Source: Ginglymostoma cirratum (Eukaryota). Taken from it: a stretch of DNA of 64,000 bases. Both the position numbers and the translations under genes were made by a program. The notes below the pieces were generated by a model. That model was not told where the DNA came from, did no database searches, and saw only the letters and a program-made list of their open reading frames with translations. The stretch covers positions 251,111 through 315,110 of the forward strand of contig JAHRHZ010000115.1 of assembly GCA_024137785.1 (NCBI GenBank), given 5' to 3'. This document shows positions 49,838 to 62,850 of the stretch, piece after piece (positions within the stretch are counted from its first letter, which is position 1; every line of letters starts with the position of its first letter).

Positions 49838-50232
49838 GTTTCAGAGTTGTGAACACAGCCCAGAACATCACAAAAACCAGCCTTCCTTCCATTGACTCTA
49901 TCTACATTTCCCATTGCCTCGGGAAAGTAGCCAATATAATCATTGACCCCCCCAACTCCAGTTAAACTCTCTTCCATCAGGCAGAAGATAAAATATTTGA
50001 AAACATGTAACAACAGATTCAAGAACAGCTTCTTCCCTGCTGTTATTAAACTAATGAGTGGACCCTTCATATTTTAGAGTTGATCTTGCTCTGCAGCTGT
50101 AATAATATATTCTGCATTGTGATCTATTACTTTAATGAACTTATGTAAGGTAGGATTTGTCTGGCTAGCACACAAAAACAATATTTTTCACTGTATCTCG
50201 GTACATGTGACAATAATAAATCAAATCAGATC
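49838..50232 (+). mobile_element. Rex1/Babar-like LINE 3' end
   Basis: cagagttgtgaacacagcccag...acagattcaagaacagcttcttccc...gtgacaataataaatcaaatc. Same family as 13610-14960. Confidence 0.78.
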
Positions 50233-50356
50233 CAACCTCCCCTCTCCCCCGCCCGCTCCATTGCTCCTCACTCGCTGCCGTCTCTGAGCCAATGAGAGTG
50301 AACGAGGGGCGGGGCTGGTACGCCAACAAATGGGAGTGAACAAGGAGTGTTGGACA

Positions 50357-50545
50357 GAGATGGTAGGAACTGCAGATGCTAGAGAATCTGAGATGACAAG
50401 GTGTAGAGTTGGATGAACACAGCAGGACAAGCCAAAAAGGAAAATCTTTTTCTGAAGAAGGGTCTCGGCCCGAAACGTCAGCCTTCCTGCTCCTCTGATG
50501 CTGCTTGGCCTGCTGTGTTCATCCAGCTCTACACCTTGTTATCTA
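50357..50545. mobile_element. Penelope-derived palindromic element with hammerhead core
   Basis: acaaggtgtagagttggatgaacacagcagg / cctgctgtgttcatccagctctacaccttgt. Core CTGAAGA-AGGGTCTCGGCCC-GAAA-CGTC. Confidence 0.82.
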
Positions 50546-50820
50546 AGGAGTGTTGTACCCGCTACATGAGTTGCGCACGCGTCCTGCTGTGTTCCAGCAT
50601 CTATGGAAATGGCAACTGTTAATTCAGGTTCTCTGTGAGCAACATCCTGAGAAGCTGCCTCCACATTAAGCCTCGTAAAGGTAGGTTTCATTCGGCATTC
50701 ACTTTCTGCTCGGCTCGGTGTGTTTCTGAATCCAGACGACCCGTCCGCTGGCTCAATCGTTCCCTTCCGGTCTTTCCGAGGGGCCTTCACCAGGTAACAA
50801 AACAATGCGGCCAGACATAG

Positions 50821-50962
50821 CAAGAACTGCAGATGTTGGAGTCAGAGACGATACAGTGTGGAGCTGGAGGAACACAGCAAGTCAGGCAGCATCAGAAGAG
50901 TAGGGCAGTTAACTCTCCTACTCTTCTGATGCTGCCTGACCTGCTGTGTTCTTCCGGCTCTA
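50821..50962. mobile_element. Penelope-derived hairpin
   Basis: ggaacacagcaagtcaggcagcatcagaagagtagg...cctactcttctgatgctgcctgacctgctgtgttc. Confidence 0.78.
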
Positions 50963-51265
50963 CAATGCATCAACACAATGAGGCCGTCTGAGTGCAACCG
51001 CGGACAGTCATTGAGCATGCTCCAGACCACGACGGAACACAGTTGATTGACGGCAGCTCCAGACCAATAGGAAACAAGGGGCGAATGTGGCTGGTCCTGC
51101 AACAAATGGGAGAGGATGAGGGACGGGACTCATCATCCAACCAGTAGGAGCGAATGAGGGCGGGGCACCAACGAAAAAGCTCAGCGCAACCGGGAAGAAC
51201 ATGTCAGTTTCCACTTGGGAATTCTGCCCACTTCTGGACTCAAAATCCAGTTCAACAATTTTAGG

Positions 51266-51417
51266 AACAAAAACCAAGTTTCAGAACTGAGGAAGGGTCA
51301 CCGGACCCGAAACGTTAACTCTTTCTTTTCCTTCACAGATGCTGCCAGACCTGCTCAGCTTTTCCAGCAACTTTGTTTTTGTTGCCGATTTACAGCATCC
51401 GCAGTTCTTTCGGTTTT
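51266..51417 (+). mobile_element. Penelope-derived element with collapsed left arm
   Basis: Perfect 15-bp TSD ttcaacaattttagg at 51251-51265 and 51418-51432. Core CTGAGGA-AGGGTCACCGGACCC-GAAA-CGTT. Confidence 0.85.
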
Positions 51418-51749
51418 TTCAACAATTTTAGGGCTTGAGCACCTTCTCCTATGTCCTTATCCAACCCCAACACATCAGGCCTTGTCATCACATGGGTTGC
51501 TACCACACACAATCCATTATCGACCATTAATAATTCCCATTAGCCATTCATTCTCAGAAAGTTGTCATCCATAGATCACAGGCTGACCTTGCGCTGCACA
51601 ATTGTCTATCCAACTGTTTTTCTCTCTCTTTGGGCTCTATGTCCACGTATTGTTTACTCCCCCTATGATATGCCACAATCTCATCTTGAAAATTTTGATA
51701 AAAGAACTGCAAGACTTACATAATTAAAAGTAGGGCTTTGAATAGTGTT

Positions 51750-52342
51750 TTAGAACAGAGAACTGAGGGGTTCAGGTACATTATTCTTTGAAGTTTGGAT
51801 CACGTGTAGTCAAGGTGGTTAAGAAGGCATTTAGCATGCTTGCCCTCATTGTTCAGACCTTTGAGTAAAGGAGTTGAGATGTCATGCTGAGATTTTACAG
51901 CATGTTGGTGAGGCCTCTTCTTGAGTGCTATGTCCAGTTCTGTTGTCCTGTCACAGGAAGGATATTATTAAGTTGGGGAGGGTTCACAAAAGATTTACCA
52001 CTAAGTTGTCAGTATGAAGGGTTCGTGTTCCAGTCTCTCCTTGGAACTTTCTTTCACTGGAGTGTCGGAGGTTGAGAGGTGACCTTATAGAAGTTTATAA
52101 AATCATGCGGGGTCTAGATAGGGTGCATGACAGGTGTCTTTTCCACAGAGTGGAAGACAAGGGGGCATATTTCATGCGTGGATTGAACTTCCAGGGGAAG
52201 TGCTGGATGTGGGTGCTGTTTAAAAGGCATTTAGACAAGTACACGGATGAGAAATGTTTGGAAGGGCATGGGCCAAGCGCAGGCAGGTAGGCCTAGTTTA
52301 GTTTGGGATTATGAACCGAAGGGCCTGTTTCAGTGCTGCATG
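51750..52342 (+). mobile_element. CR1 3' fragment
   Basis: MLRFYSMLVRPLLECYVQFC and LRGDLIEVYKIMRGLDRV. Confidence 0.85.
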
Positions 52343-52689
52343 AGTCTATGTCTCTATGACTCAGTGTGCAGATGCAGGACTGGGTGGTGCTCTTCGCATG
52401 TTCAGTATCAGTGATACCGAAGATATGTGGTTGGCGGAAGGAGATTGTGAGACATGTTAGGAACAGAAACTGGGGAAGAGAGGCCTCTGTGGAGCTTAAA
52501 AACTCTCTAGGGGAGCTCTTGAGCATGAAATGTGAGTCCCTCAGGCCCCATGTTTACCCACATGCAGAGACAGGCCCTGGAGCAGTGAGCTTTCGGCCAG
52601 TATCTTAGAGACGGAGTCAGGCACCAGAATCTCCCAGTGATGTGTCAAGGTTATCCAGGGAAACAGCCACTGCTGTGACATCAATCAGA

Positions 52690-53200
52690 GTTATCCAGTG
52701 CAGAAACAGACCCCATACTCCAACTTGCCAATGCTGACAAGATAGCCTAAATTAATATAGTCCCATTTACCAGCACTTAGCTCGTATCCCTCTAAACCCT
52801 TCCTATTCAGGTGCCCATCCAGATGCCTTTTAAATGTTGTAATTGTACCAGCCACCATCACTTCCTTTGGCAGCTCATTCCATTCACGCACCACCCGCTG
52901 TGTGAAAAAGTTGCCCAATATGTCCCTTTTATATCTTTCCCCTCTCACCTTAAACCTTTGCCCTGTAGTTTTGGATTCCCCTATGATGGGGAAAAGACCT
53001 TTGCTATTAACCCTATCCATGCTTGTCATGAACTTATAAACCTATATAACATCACACCTCAGCCTCCAACACTCCAGGGAAAATACCCCAAGCCTAATCA
53101 GCCTCTCCCTAAGGCTCAAATCCTCCAACCTTGGCAACATCCCTAAATCTTTTCTGAACCCTTGCAAGTTCAACAACATCATTCCTGTAGCAGGGAGACC
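52690..53200 (-). mobile_element. CR1 3' fragment
   Basis: FKVRGERYKRDILGNFFTQRVVREWNELP. Confidence 0.88.
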
Positions 53201-53351
53201 AGTATTGAATGGGTGAGCATCTGGCTCTGCCCCCTCCCTCAATCAAGCCCTTTCTATCTCTGTTCTTCCTCAGTCACTGAGCCCTCTGCTGCAGGAGACA
53301 GGTCCTTCTTATCCACTCCATTCAGGACGCTCACAACCTTGGAAACCTCAT

Positions 53352-53521
53352 GACACCCTTTATTTACACATGGAGAGTGAACTCTCAGAGTGAACAAGAT
53401 GTCTGACACTCCTGTTCTCACCTGTAAGTCAGGGCTCCCTGACTGATCCTGATTAAAATCCCCAATCCAGGAACTCGTATTCTGTGAGGTCCACCTGGCT
53501 GACCTTGTTACAATGACTACA
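53352..53521 (-). mobile_element. Probable truncated solo LTR
   Basis: Minus strand starts TGTAGTCATTGTAACAAGG, has attgg/CCAAT-like motifs and AATAAA near its end. Recognised as a shark LTR-like repeat from memory only. Confidence 0.45.
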
Positions 53522-54962
53522 CCTCAACCTAATTTCCACTCCTCTGCTTCGGGGGACACAACCTCAGCCTAGACAACTCTTGTTCCAAGCTGCTACTTTC
53601 CAGTCCAGCCAAACATCCCCTCACCAATGCAATTACATATTTCCTTTAAATCAGTTTTTTTTTTGGACGTGATGACACACCTCCATGGCAGATGGGACTT
53701 GAACACAACATGTGGCATGCAGACATCACAAACTGGATCAGCATTTATTGCCCACTCCTGGTTTCCATTGAGAAGGCGTTCGTGAGCTGCCTTCATGAAG
53801 CGCTGCCGTCCACGTTTTGTAGGTAGACTGACAATGTCTTTAGGGAGGGAATTCCAGGATTTTGACCGCTGTTGGAGGCTTCACTGAGACTGAGTACAAT
53901 CACAAACTTTCTGTAAGGTGACCAGCCTGCACACAGGACTAGAGATTTGGCCTAATGAATGACTTACATACGTTGGCCTGTTTCTTATCCACCTAACACC
54001 AGTGGATGGCTTGGTGAGAGAACATTGAGTGTCAGTGTCCCAGTAAATCGCCAGCAGATTGACACTCTCTGTGCAGCTCACATTTTAAAATTCTAGAATG
54101 GAAGTCATAGCCCCGGGGGTTTCTTGTAATTTAGTTCCCTTAATTTTTACACTGTCTTTGCTCATACTGATTTCTTTAACTTCCTCATCTTTCCAGCTCA
54201 TTATTTCCAGGGATGCTTTTGTTTTTTACAATGAGAAAGTCATTGAGAGGCCTGGGGGTTTAATGGTTGCCATTTGAACAGAAACTAAGCGTGTGCATGA
54301 CCATCCTCACACAGGAAGCAGAAAGCTCATGATGTGCATTTTTGTTCTGGATTGATGGGCAGGGAATTCAGAAACTCTACTTGCAGGGCAAGGGAAGGGA
54401 ATGATTTACACAATGCAAACTCAAACCAAGGGAAGCACTTGTCTCCTCTAAAGTTCTTGTCTTTTACTGACACCCATGATTTTTATAATATCCTTTTACA
54501 GGGAGTTTGAAGATTTGAAGACTGAGAGATTTTTCTCTGCCTCCATTGTTTCTGATTTCTCTCAAGAATCAGGATCCATCCAGAGATTTTAAGATTGACG
54601 ACAGTGAAATTGTTTCAGAGGTTAGAATTATTGAGCTTTCATTTGCAGTTTTAAGCTTTAGTTCTACGCTCCTCTTTTATGTTTCCGGAGCTGGTGAGGC
54701 TCCTTTATTATGGAACCAAATCCATAGCTATCCATTGCTTTTCCAGACCTGCATCCTCCCTGATCACATCTCTCTCTTTGTCTTACTTCCTTTGCCTCGA
54801 ATCATGTTTATACTTTAACCTCGTTTACTATTTTGTTGTTGTTTCTGCAGATTGTGTCTAAATGATGTTTCCACTGCTGCTGCTGATTTACCAGATTTAC
54901 TTTCCCACCATCAGCAACTGTTTTTCCTCCACTGGAGCTCATTTCCGTTTCTGAACTTATCA

Positions 54963-55262
54963 TCATAGAATCCCTACAATGTGGAAATAGGCCCTTCGGC
55001 CCAACAAGTCCACACCAACCCTCAGAGCATCCCACCCAGACCCATCCTCCTATAACGCACCTAATCTACACATCCCTGTACATGCAATTTAGCATGGCCA
55101 ATCACCTACCCTGCACCTCTTTAGACTGTGGGACGAAACCGGAGCACCCGAAGGAAACCCATGCAGACACGGGGAGAACACAGACAGTCACCCAAGGGTG
55201 GAATAAAACCCGGGTCCCTGATGCTGTGAGGCAGCAGTGCTAACTGCTGAGTCACCGTGCCA
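54963..55262 (-). mobile_element. HE1-type SINE
   Basis: Minus strand ggcacggtgactcagcagttagcactgctgcctcacagc...gtagggattctatgat. Confidence 0.88.
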
Positions 55263-55269
55263 TCCCAAA

Positions 55270-55462
55270 GGAAATCAGTGAACTAGATGGGCTTTGCCTG
55301 GCAATCGGCAATGGATTCAAGGTCATGATTAAGACTCTTAATTGCAGATATTTATTGAATTCAAATTCTACCGTCTGCCATGCTGGGATTCGAACCAAGG
55401 TCCCCAGAACATTATCTAGGTCTCTGGTCCAGTCAGAATACCGCTAGGCCATTGCCTTCCCA
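55270..55462 (-). mobile_element. Partial tRNA-headed SINE (LINE-head family)
   Basis: Minus strand gggaaggcaatggcctagcggtatt...ggttcgaatccc...cagacggtagaatttgaattc. Confidence 0.75.
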
Positions 55463-55734
55463 TGCATCAATGCAGCATTTTTATTCCCTGTAATTTATTC
55501 AGCACATCCTGAAATATCCCTGTTTTTCTATCTCCATAGTTATTAACTGACCTGTTGGTTATTTTCCCGACTTTCTCCTTTTGTATCAGATTTCCAGCAT
55601 CTGCAGAATTTACAAACAATTCTAGAAACACAGATGGACCCATTAAGGGTGAGAACACAAGCAGCATAATTTTGGATCACCTCAAAATTACTAAGAGGTT
55701 GAATGTGAGACCAGCTGGGAGTTTTTTTTTTTTA

Positions 55735-56078
55735 AACGTTCAATCATGGGAAGAGGGTGTTGCAGGCTAGGCAGGCATTTATTACCCACCAGTAATTGAC
55801 AAGAGGGTAAGTTAAGAGTCAACTCCATCACCGCGGGGCTGGGGTCACATGTAGGCCAGACCAGTGGAGGATGTTGGTTTCCTTCACTAAAGGACACCAG
55901 TGAACCAGATGGTTTTTCAACAATCAATAATGGATTCATCATCATCGTTAGTTATTTCCAGATTTGTTTTTATTGAATTCAAATTCTGCCATCTGCCATG
56001 GTGGGTTTCTAACCCAGGTCCCAAGGACATTATCATTACATTAGTCCAGCGAGAATACCGTGAGGCTATTGCCTCCCT
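55735..56078 (-). mobile_element. Full bipartite SINE: 5' head joined to 3' tail of the ORF1-less LINE
   Basis: Minus strand gggaggcaatagcc...cagatggcagaatttgaattc...ctggcctacatgtgacccc...gttgactcttaac (matches 19950-20205), joined to gggtaataaatgcctgcc (matches the LINE tail at 43490-43510). Confidence 0.8.
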
Positions 56079-56214
56079 TTACGGGTGCAGGAGGATAGTT
56101 GAGTCTAGAGATAGTAAAAGAATCAAGAAGGATCAAAACCAAATGAGCTGAGATTCGTGCGGGGGTGGAGGGGGGAGGCAGTCGGGTAATGTCATGGTGG
56201 AAGTACATGGTCTT

Positions 56215-57240
56215 GGTGAGTACAGCTTGGAAATAGACCCTTTGGTCCAAGTCATCAGTGCCGACCAGATATCGTAAACTGAATCCAGTCCCATTTGCCA
56301 GCAATTGGCCCATCTCCTTCTCAACCCTTCCTATTCACATACCCATCCAAATCCCTTTTACATGTCACAATTTTACCTGCCTCCACCACTTTCTTGGCAA
56401 CTCATTGCATGCAGGCACCACCCTGTGTGAAAACATTGCCCTTTAGGTCCCTTTTGAATTTGTCCCCTCTCACCGTAAACCTACGCCCTCTGGTTTTGGA
56501 CTCCCCTACCCTGGGGAAAAGGAGCTTGGCTATTCACCCTATCCATGCCCCTCATGATTTTACAAACCTCTGCAAGGTCACCCCTCAGCCTCCAACGCTC
56601 CAAGGAAAATAGTCCCAGCCTATTCAGCCTTTCCCTACAGCTGAAATTCTCCAACATAGGCAACATCCTTGTAAACCTTCACTGAGCCCTTTCAGGTTTC
56701 ACAACATCCTTCCTATAGCAGGGAAAACAGAACTGCACACAGTATTCCAAAAGTGACCTAACCAATGACCTGTACAGCTGCAACATGAACTCCCAACTCC
56801 TATATTCAATGCACTATCCAATAAAGGCAAGCATTCCAAACGCCTTCTTCACTATCCTATTTACCTGCGACTCCACTTTCAAGGAACTATGAACCTGCAC
56901 TTCAAGGTCTCTTTGTTCAGCAAAACTCCCCAGAACCTGACCATTAATTGTATAAGTCCTGCCCTAATTTGCCTTTCCAAAATGCAGCACCTCATTTATC
57001 TGAATTAAACTCTGTCTGCCACTACTTGGCCCATTGGATTAAGGTCACCATTGTACTCTGAGGTAACGTTCTTTGCTGTCCACTACATCATCAATTTTGG
57101 TGTCATCTGCAAATTTACTAACCATACCTCCTATGTTCAGATCCAAATCATTTATATAAATAATGAGAAAGAGTGGACCCAGCACCAATTCTTATGGCAC
57201 ACTGCTGGTCACAGGCCTCCAATCTGAAAAGCAACCTTCC
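56215..57240 (-). mobile_element. CR1 (HER1-like) RT and 3' fragment
   Basis: ERLNRLGLFSLERWRLRGDLAEVCKIMRGMDRV. aaatttgcagatgacacc (KFADDT) ~57100-57115. Confidence 0.9.
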
Positions 57241-57828
57241 ACCTTTAGTTTAGTTTGGTTCGGTTTAGTTTAGTTGTTCTGACCAGTCTGTTTGAGCTTT
57301 AGACAGTTGCAAGAGACAGGGTTGATGCGAGGATGAGGAAGTGGAGTTTGAAACAGAGGCTGAAGCAGCAGCTTTCTTCTTTCCAGTATTTCAATGGAAG
57401 ATATTTCTGCTCATCCAGTTCTGAATGTCAGGTCAGCGTGAGATTTGGAGGTGACGGTGTCCACACGCACCTACCCTGGCCCTTCTAGATGGTGAAGGTT
57501 GAGAGTTTTGGAGATCTAGTCAAAGTTCTAGTCAAGCTGCAAGTACGTACGGTCTCTTTTGTTTTCCACTGCCTCTCTCAATTCTCTTTGTTTCATCCCA
57601 CAGAGGCCAGAGTCTTGTCCATGTTCAGACTGGGCTGGTAGATTCCCTTCCTGATGGATGTTAGTGAACCAATTGTGTTTTTACAACATTCTGGCAGGTT
57701 TCGCGATGAATTTCTCTCAGCCCCAGCCCAACAGATTACCATATTCATTCAGTTCAATGTCACAGCCTGTGTGTTTTTTTTGGGTGTTCTCTCACTTTCG
57801 CTTTTTTTCTGTTTTCAAATCTTTTCAG

Positions 57829-59000
57829 TGGGTGCCAAAGGAGGAGGAATTACAGTCAGGGATCACAGACCCAGCAGCACCTCAGAATCTGATGGAGGTT
57901 TCAAATTTATCACAACTAGAATGTAACTGGATTTTGAACACGGAAGGAACAAGCACAGTGACAGTTCTCAGTGAAGAGAAACCCGACACATTTCGTGTGT
58001 GGATAAGACTTCAGCCAGTCATTCAGCCTGGATACAAGTGCAGTCATACTGTGGAGAGACTGTGGAAACGTTGGGACTGATATCCATTGGCGCAGTCACG
58101 CTTGGGAGAGGCCATTCACTTGCTCCGAATGTGGGAAAGGATTCATTCTGTCATCCCAATTTATGACCTTTTAAATGTACAGACTGCAGAAAATATTATA
58201 AATGTTCTGGGAAACTGGTCTCTCATCAACATGTTCGCACTGAGGAGAAACCATTCAGATGCTCTAACTGTGGGAAAGGGTTCAAAACATCATCCGAAGT
58301 CACTGTCCCCCAGAGGATTCACACTGGGGAGAGGCCGTTCATCTGCATTTTGTGTGGGAATGGATTTATTTGGTCATCACATGTCACAAGATACCAGTGA
58401 GTTCACTCTGATGAAAGATCTTTTAATTGCCCAATCTGCAGGAAATGCTTTATAAGTTCTCAAGAAGTGATGCACCATCAATGTGTTCAGACTGAGGAAA
58501 AACTATTCTGGTGCTCTCACTGCAGGACTGGGTTCAGGCATTCATCTCATCTCACTGTCCACCAAAGAATTCACACTGGGGAGAGGCCATTCATCTGCAA
58601 TGAGTGTCAGAAGGGATTCATTCGGTCATCCCAACTCGTGACATGCCAGCAAGTGCACACTGAGTAGACATCTTTTTAATTGTCCAATCTGCAGGAAATG
58701 CTTTTAAAGTTCTGAGGAAGTGATGACCCATCAACACACTCACACTGGGGACTGATCTTTGAACTGCCCAGACTGTGGTAACCCTATAAGACTTCTTGCT
58801 ATCTGATGATCCATCAACGTGTTCACACTCAAAAAAGACCTTTCAGATGCTCTCACTGCAGGATTGTGTTCAAGTGATCATCTTACCTCATTGAGCGCCG
58901 GTGAATTCACACTGGGGAAGGGGCCGGTCACCTGCATTGAGTGTGGGAAAGGATTCACTTGGAAAGCCACCTGCTGACTCACCAGCGAGTTCACACGTAA
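57829..59000 (+). pseudogene. Decayed C2H2 zinc-finger exon, unit Z6
   Basis: Acceptor ttttcag ~57822-57828. [44 protein letters not shown]. Stops and frameshifts. Shared 3' UTR to ~59135. Confidence 0.85.
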
Positions 59001-59658
59001 CAATAGGAGTTGGACTTTGCTGCATGCCACATCCAGGACTGAACCATGTTCATTGATTAATAAACTCCAGCTCAGTTTTAGCTGTTAACATTCTGGATAA
59101 AAATAAGATAAGTCAGCTTTATAATTAAACACAGAGTGGAAAATCGTTTTAATATCTCTCACTCATTTGTTCTGAGGAGTTGGTTTGGAAGGGCTGACCC
59201 TCTCCCCCATCTCTTCCATCCTCACCAATAACACCAAGTGTCAGGAGATCACGGAGCTTCTTTCTTACCGAGATTGATACAATCTGATTGGCTGCTTCTG
59301 CTGTTTCACTTCATTCCACTACCTCACTGAGTAAAACTGCCTCTAAAAACATCTGAACCCTGAAAACTCGTCTTTGTCCAGCTTCTCTCTGATCTCTCTG
59401 ACAAAGCTCGTCATGTCCATGAGACCCAGCTCATAGTCCCTTAGCTCTAATCCTACTAAACTACTGACAAATCAAGATCTCCACATTAGCTGTTATTTTT
59501 AATGATTCTCTCTTATTCTGTCCCACTCCCCTTGAAATCCAAATTATCACCCATCCTGAAAAATAAAGCAACACTTCCCTGCACTGTCTGAGCAAATTAC
59601 TGCACGATCTTCCACCTCCCTTTCCTCAAACTCCTTAAATTTGGTGATCCCCCAAGGA

Positions 59659-59930
59659 TCACAGAGCAGAAAGGGGCCCTTCAGCCCATTGAGACTGCAA
59701 TGACCTGAAGAGTGTCCCATATGGGTTTTTAACCATGGCTAACCCACCTGACCTGCACACAAGAGGGCAATTTTTAGCATGGCCAATCCACCTAAATTGC
59801 AGATCTTTAGATGGTGTGGAAATGCACACAGATGCAGGAAACATACAAACTCCACACAGACAGTCACCCAAGTCTGGAATCAAACCCAGGTCACTGGTCC
59901 TGTAAGGCAGTAAACCACTGAACCACCCCA
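59659..59930 (-). mobile_element. HE1-type SINE (internally deleted)
   Basis: aaactccacacagacagtcacccaagtctggaatcaaacccagg. Confidence 0.8.
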
Positions 59931-59989
59931 GCTCTATCCTTCCCTTCTGTTTCAGGTTACAAACACACAAAGCAGGTACATGGCAGCAC

Positions 59990-60335
59990 CCCAGTGTGAA
60001 TTCAATGGTGCTTCAGCAGATATTTTTCATTTTTAAAGCTCTTTCCACAGTCAGAACATTTCAAAAGTTTCTGATCTGTGTGAACATGTTGATGTTCAGT
60101 GAGCTGGGATTGATGAATGAAACTGTTCCCACATGTGGAGCAAGTGAACAGTCTGTCCCCAGCATGAACACACTGGTGTAACAGAAGCTGTGCTGAATCA
60201 GTAAATCCTTTCTCATACACATAGCAGACAAATGACCCCTCCCTAGTGTGAACTCACTGCTGTGTCAACAGATCCTGTTTACTTTTAAAGCCTTTCTCAC
60301 AGACACAGACATTTAAAAGACTCGTCAGTGTGAAC
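59990..60335 (-). pseudogene. C2H2 zinc-finger fragment, unit Z7
   Basis: HAGDRLFTCSTCGNSFIHQSQLTEHQHVHTDQKLLKCSDCGKSFKNEKYLLKHH. Confidence 0.8.
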
Positions 60336-60524
60336 AGTACTTGTGTTAGAGATATTGAAAAGCCTCAACACAGTTTAATGAAAGGCCGATTCATGTAACT
60401 GCTACTCCGAATTCTAATACCAAAAGTTGAAGTGAAATGTACAGATATCAGCAGAAAAAAAGCATCAATAAACATGGTTCAGCCCTGCATATGATGAACA
60501 GCAAAATCCATTCCCAAGGTCACG

Positions 60525-61803
60525 ACTGAGCTCACTGCTGACTCAGCAGGTGAAAAGTTTGAGTGAACCCTCAGAGTAGGTGAACAGGCTTCTCCAGGGA
60601 GTGAATGTACTGGGTACAATCAGCTGAGATGTTTGCCTGAACCCAGTCCTACAGTGAGAGCACGTGAATGGTCTCTCGGCAATGTTAACACGTTGATGGG
60701 ACATCAGTGCCTTAGGATTTTTTTTGCACTTCCTGCAGTCTTGTATTTAAAAGTCTGCTCTTTCCCTGGTGTGAACTCACTGGTATCTCAGTAGGATGGA
60801 TGACTGAGTGAATCTCTTCCCACACTCTCTACAGGAGAACAGCCTCTCCCCACTGTGTGTTCACTGGTGGACAGTGAGCTCGGATGACGACCTGAACCTA
60901 TTCTCATTTTGGAAGCATCTGAAAGGTTTCTTATCAGTGTGAACGTGTTGGTGAGAAATCAGTTTCCCAGAACTTTTAAAGCATTTCCCACAGTCTGGGC
61001 ATTTAAAAGGTCTCTTGTCAGTGTGAACACATTAGTGGGACATCAGATCCCCTGAACTTTCAGAGCAGTTATCACAGTTCGAACCTTTGAAAGGTCTCTC
61101 ATCAGTGTTAACTTGCTGATGGGACATTGGTTCCCCTGAACTTTTACAGCACTTTCCACAGTCCGGGCATTTAAAAAGTCTCTCCTCAACGTGAATACAT
61201 TGCTGGCGTACCAGTTCCCCTGAATGTTTAAAGCAATACCCACACTGTGGGCATTTAAAAGGTCTCTTGTCAGTATGAACTCATTAATGGTTCATCAGTA
61301 CCCGAGAACTTTAAAGCACTTTGCACAGTCTGTGCATCTAAAAGGTCCCATGTCAGTGTGAACACGCCGATGAGACATCAGATTGCTGGAACTTCTATAG
61401 TACTTCTCACAGTCTGGACATTTGAAAGGTCTTTCTCCTGTGTGAACACGTTGGTGGCACATCTGTTCCCCAAAACTTTTATAGCCCTTCCCACAGTCAG
61501 GGCAAAAGGTCTCTCCTCAGTGTGAACACAATGGTAGGACATCACGGTGGATGACTGAGTGAATGCCTTCCCACACCTGGAGCAGGTGAATAGCCTCTCC
61601 CCAGTGTGATTGTGTTGGTGAATTTCCAGCTCTGATGGGGATCTGAATCCTTTCTCACAATCCCCACATTTCCATGGTTTCTTCCCAATGTGACTGCGCT
61701 TGTGGTTTGAGAGGTCAAATGTTTGACTGAAGCCTTGTCCACACACAGAACATGAGTATAGTTTCTCCCCAGGAAGAACGGTGCTTTTTCCTTCCATACT
61801 CAA
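60525..61803 (-). pseudogene. Multi-C2H2 zinc-finger exon (about 14 fingers, frameshifted), unit Z8
   Basis: [79 protein letters not shown], then a frameshift. Repeated [19 protein letters not shown] fingers. The upstream acceptor appears mutated to CAA (61905-61907). Confidence 0.85.
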
Positions 61804-62354
61804 AATCTGACGGTATTCAGGTTACACTAAATCAGAGGACTTTCAGATCCTGATATGATATTTGCCTTGAACTTTCCGATTGTGAATCCCACCTTTGATG
61901 ACTCTTGTGAAATTTAATGAGGACAGAAACAGAAACAAATGATTCAAAACAGAAAGAACACAAAATCGTAAAGGCCAGTTTAGAAATGGAGCTGAATGAA
62001 TCTGGTAATTTATGGGGTGTTCACGAGGAAACAGTGAACATGAAAGCTGCTAGATTTTCATAAAAACCCAATAGATCACTAATTTCCTCCAGGGAATGGA
62101 ACCCAGGGAACGGAATCTGCCATGCAAATCTCTGACCTCTACTGGAGAACAGACAGCACAGAAAGAGAGAGCGGGGGACAGCAGAGGCCACAAAGCAGGG
62201 GAGCACGAGGGTGGGGTACTCAGTGGGGAGAAAGAATTAGGAGTGAGGGAGGGAGCAATGAGTGGTAATAGTGAGAGCGAGGGACAAGAGCGGGAACCAT
62301 GGCAACAAGAGCGCATTGGTGTGATGAAAGAGAGACTAAGAGAGTGACCACAAA

Positions 62355-62850
62355 CCCTCATCACCAAGACTGTCTATTTCCAGCTCAATGACAGCACCTA
62401 ACTCTGCCCTGGTCTCAACTCTGAAACTGTAACCCAGTTCTTTGTTACCTGTAGAGTTAAATGTTCTAACACATTCTTGGCCAGCCTCCAACATTCATCT
62501 TCCCTGTAATCTCAAGGTTATCTTCATTCTGTTGTTCATTTTCTTACTTGAACGAATTCTTGTTCGCCCATCGCCACTGTGCTCTCTGCTTACAAAGCAC
62601 CATAAATTTAAAAATCTCAGCATTATTTTTAAATCCCTTCCTGGCTGCCATCATCCCTATCTCTCTAATCTTTTCCAGCACTCAGAGATATCAGTGTTCA
62701 TCTAATTCCAACTTCTTGAATTTTCCAGATTTTAAATCATTCCACCACCAGTGGCCATGCATTTAGCTGACAAGGCCCCAGGCTCTGGAAACTCCTTAAA
62801 TTTCTCCAGGTCACACTGATCTTGAAGATACTCCCTAAAACAGACCACTT
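62355..62850 (+). mobile_element. Old L2-like 3' fragment
   Basis: ctatttccagctc..., aaggccccaggctctggaaactcc and actccctaaaac, typical L2 tail wording. Confidence 0.5.

Larger units (their letters stand above)
50235..51230. promoter_or_regulatory. GC-box/CCAAT promoter island interrupted by Penelope fragments
   Basis: ccccgccc ~50246, ccaat 50289 and 51064, ggggcgggg 50306, gggcgggg 51158, attg/ccaa motifs, CpG-rich 50560-50815. Confidence 0.55.
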
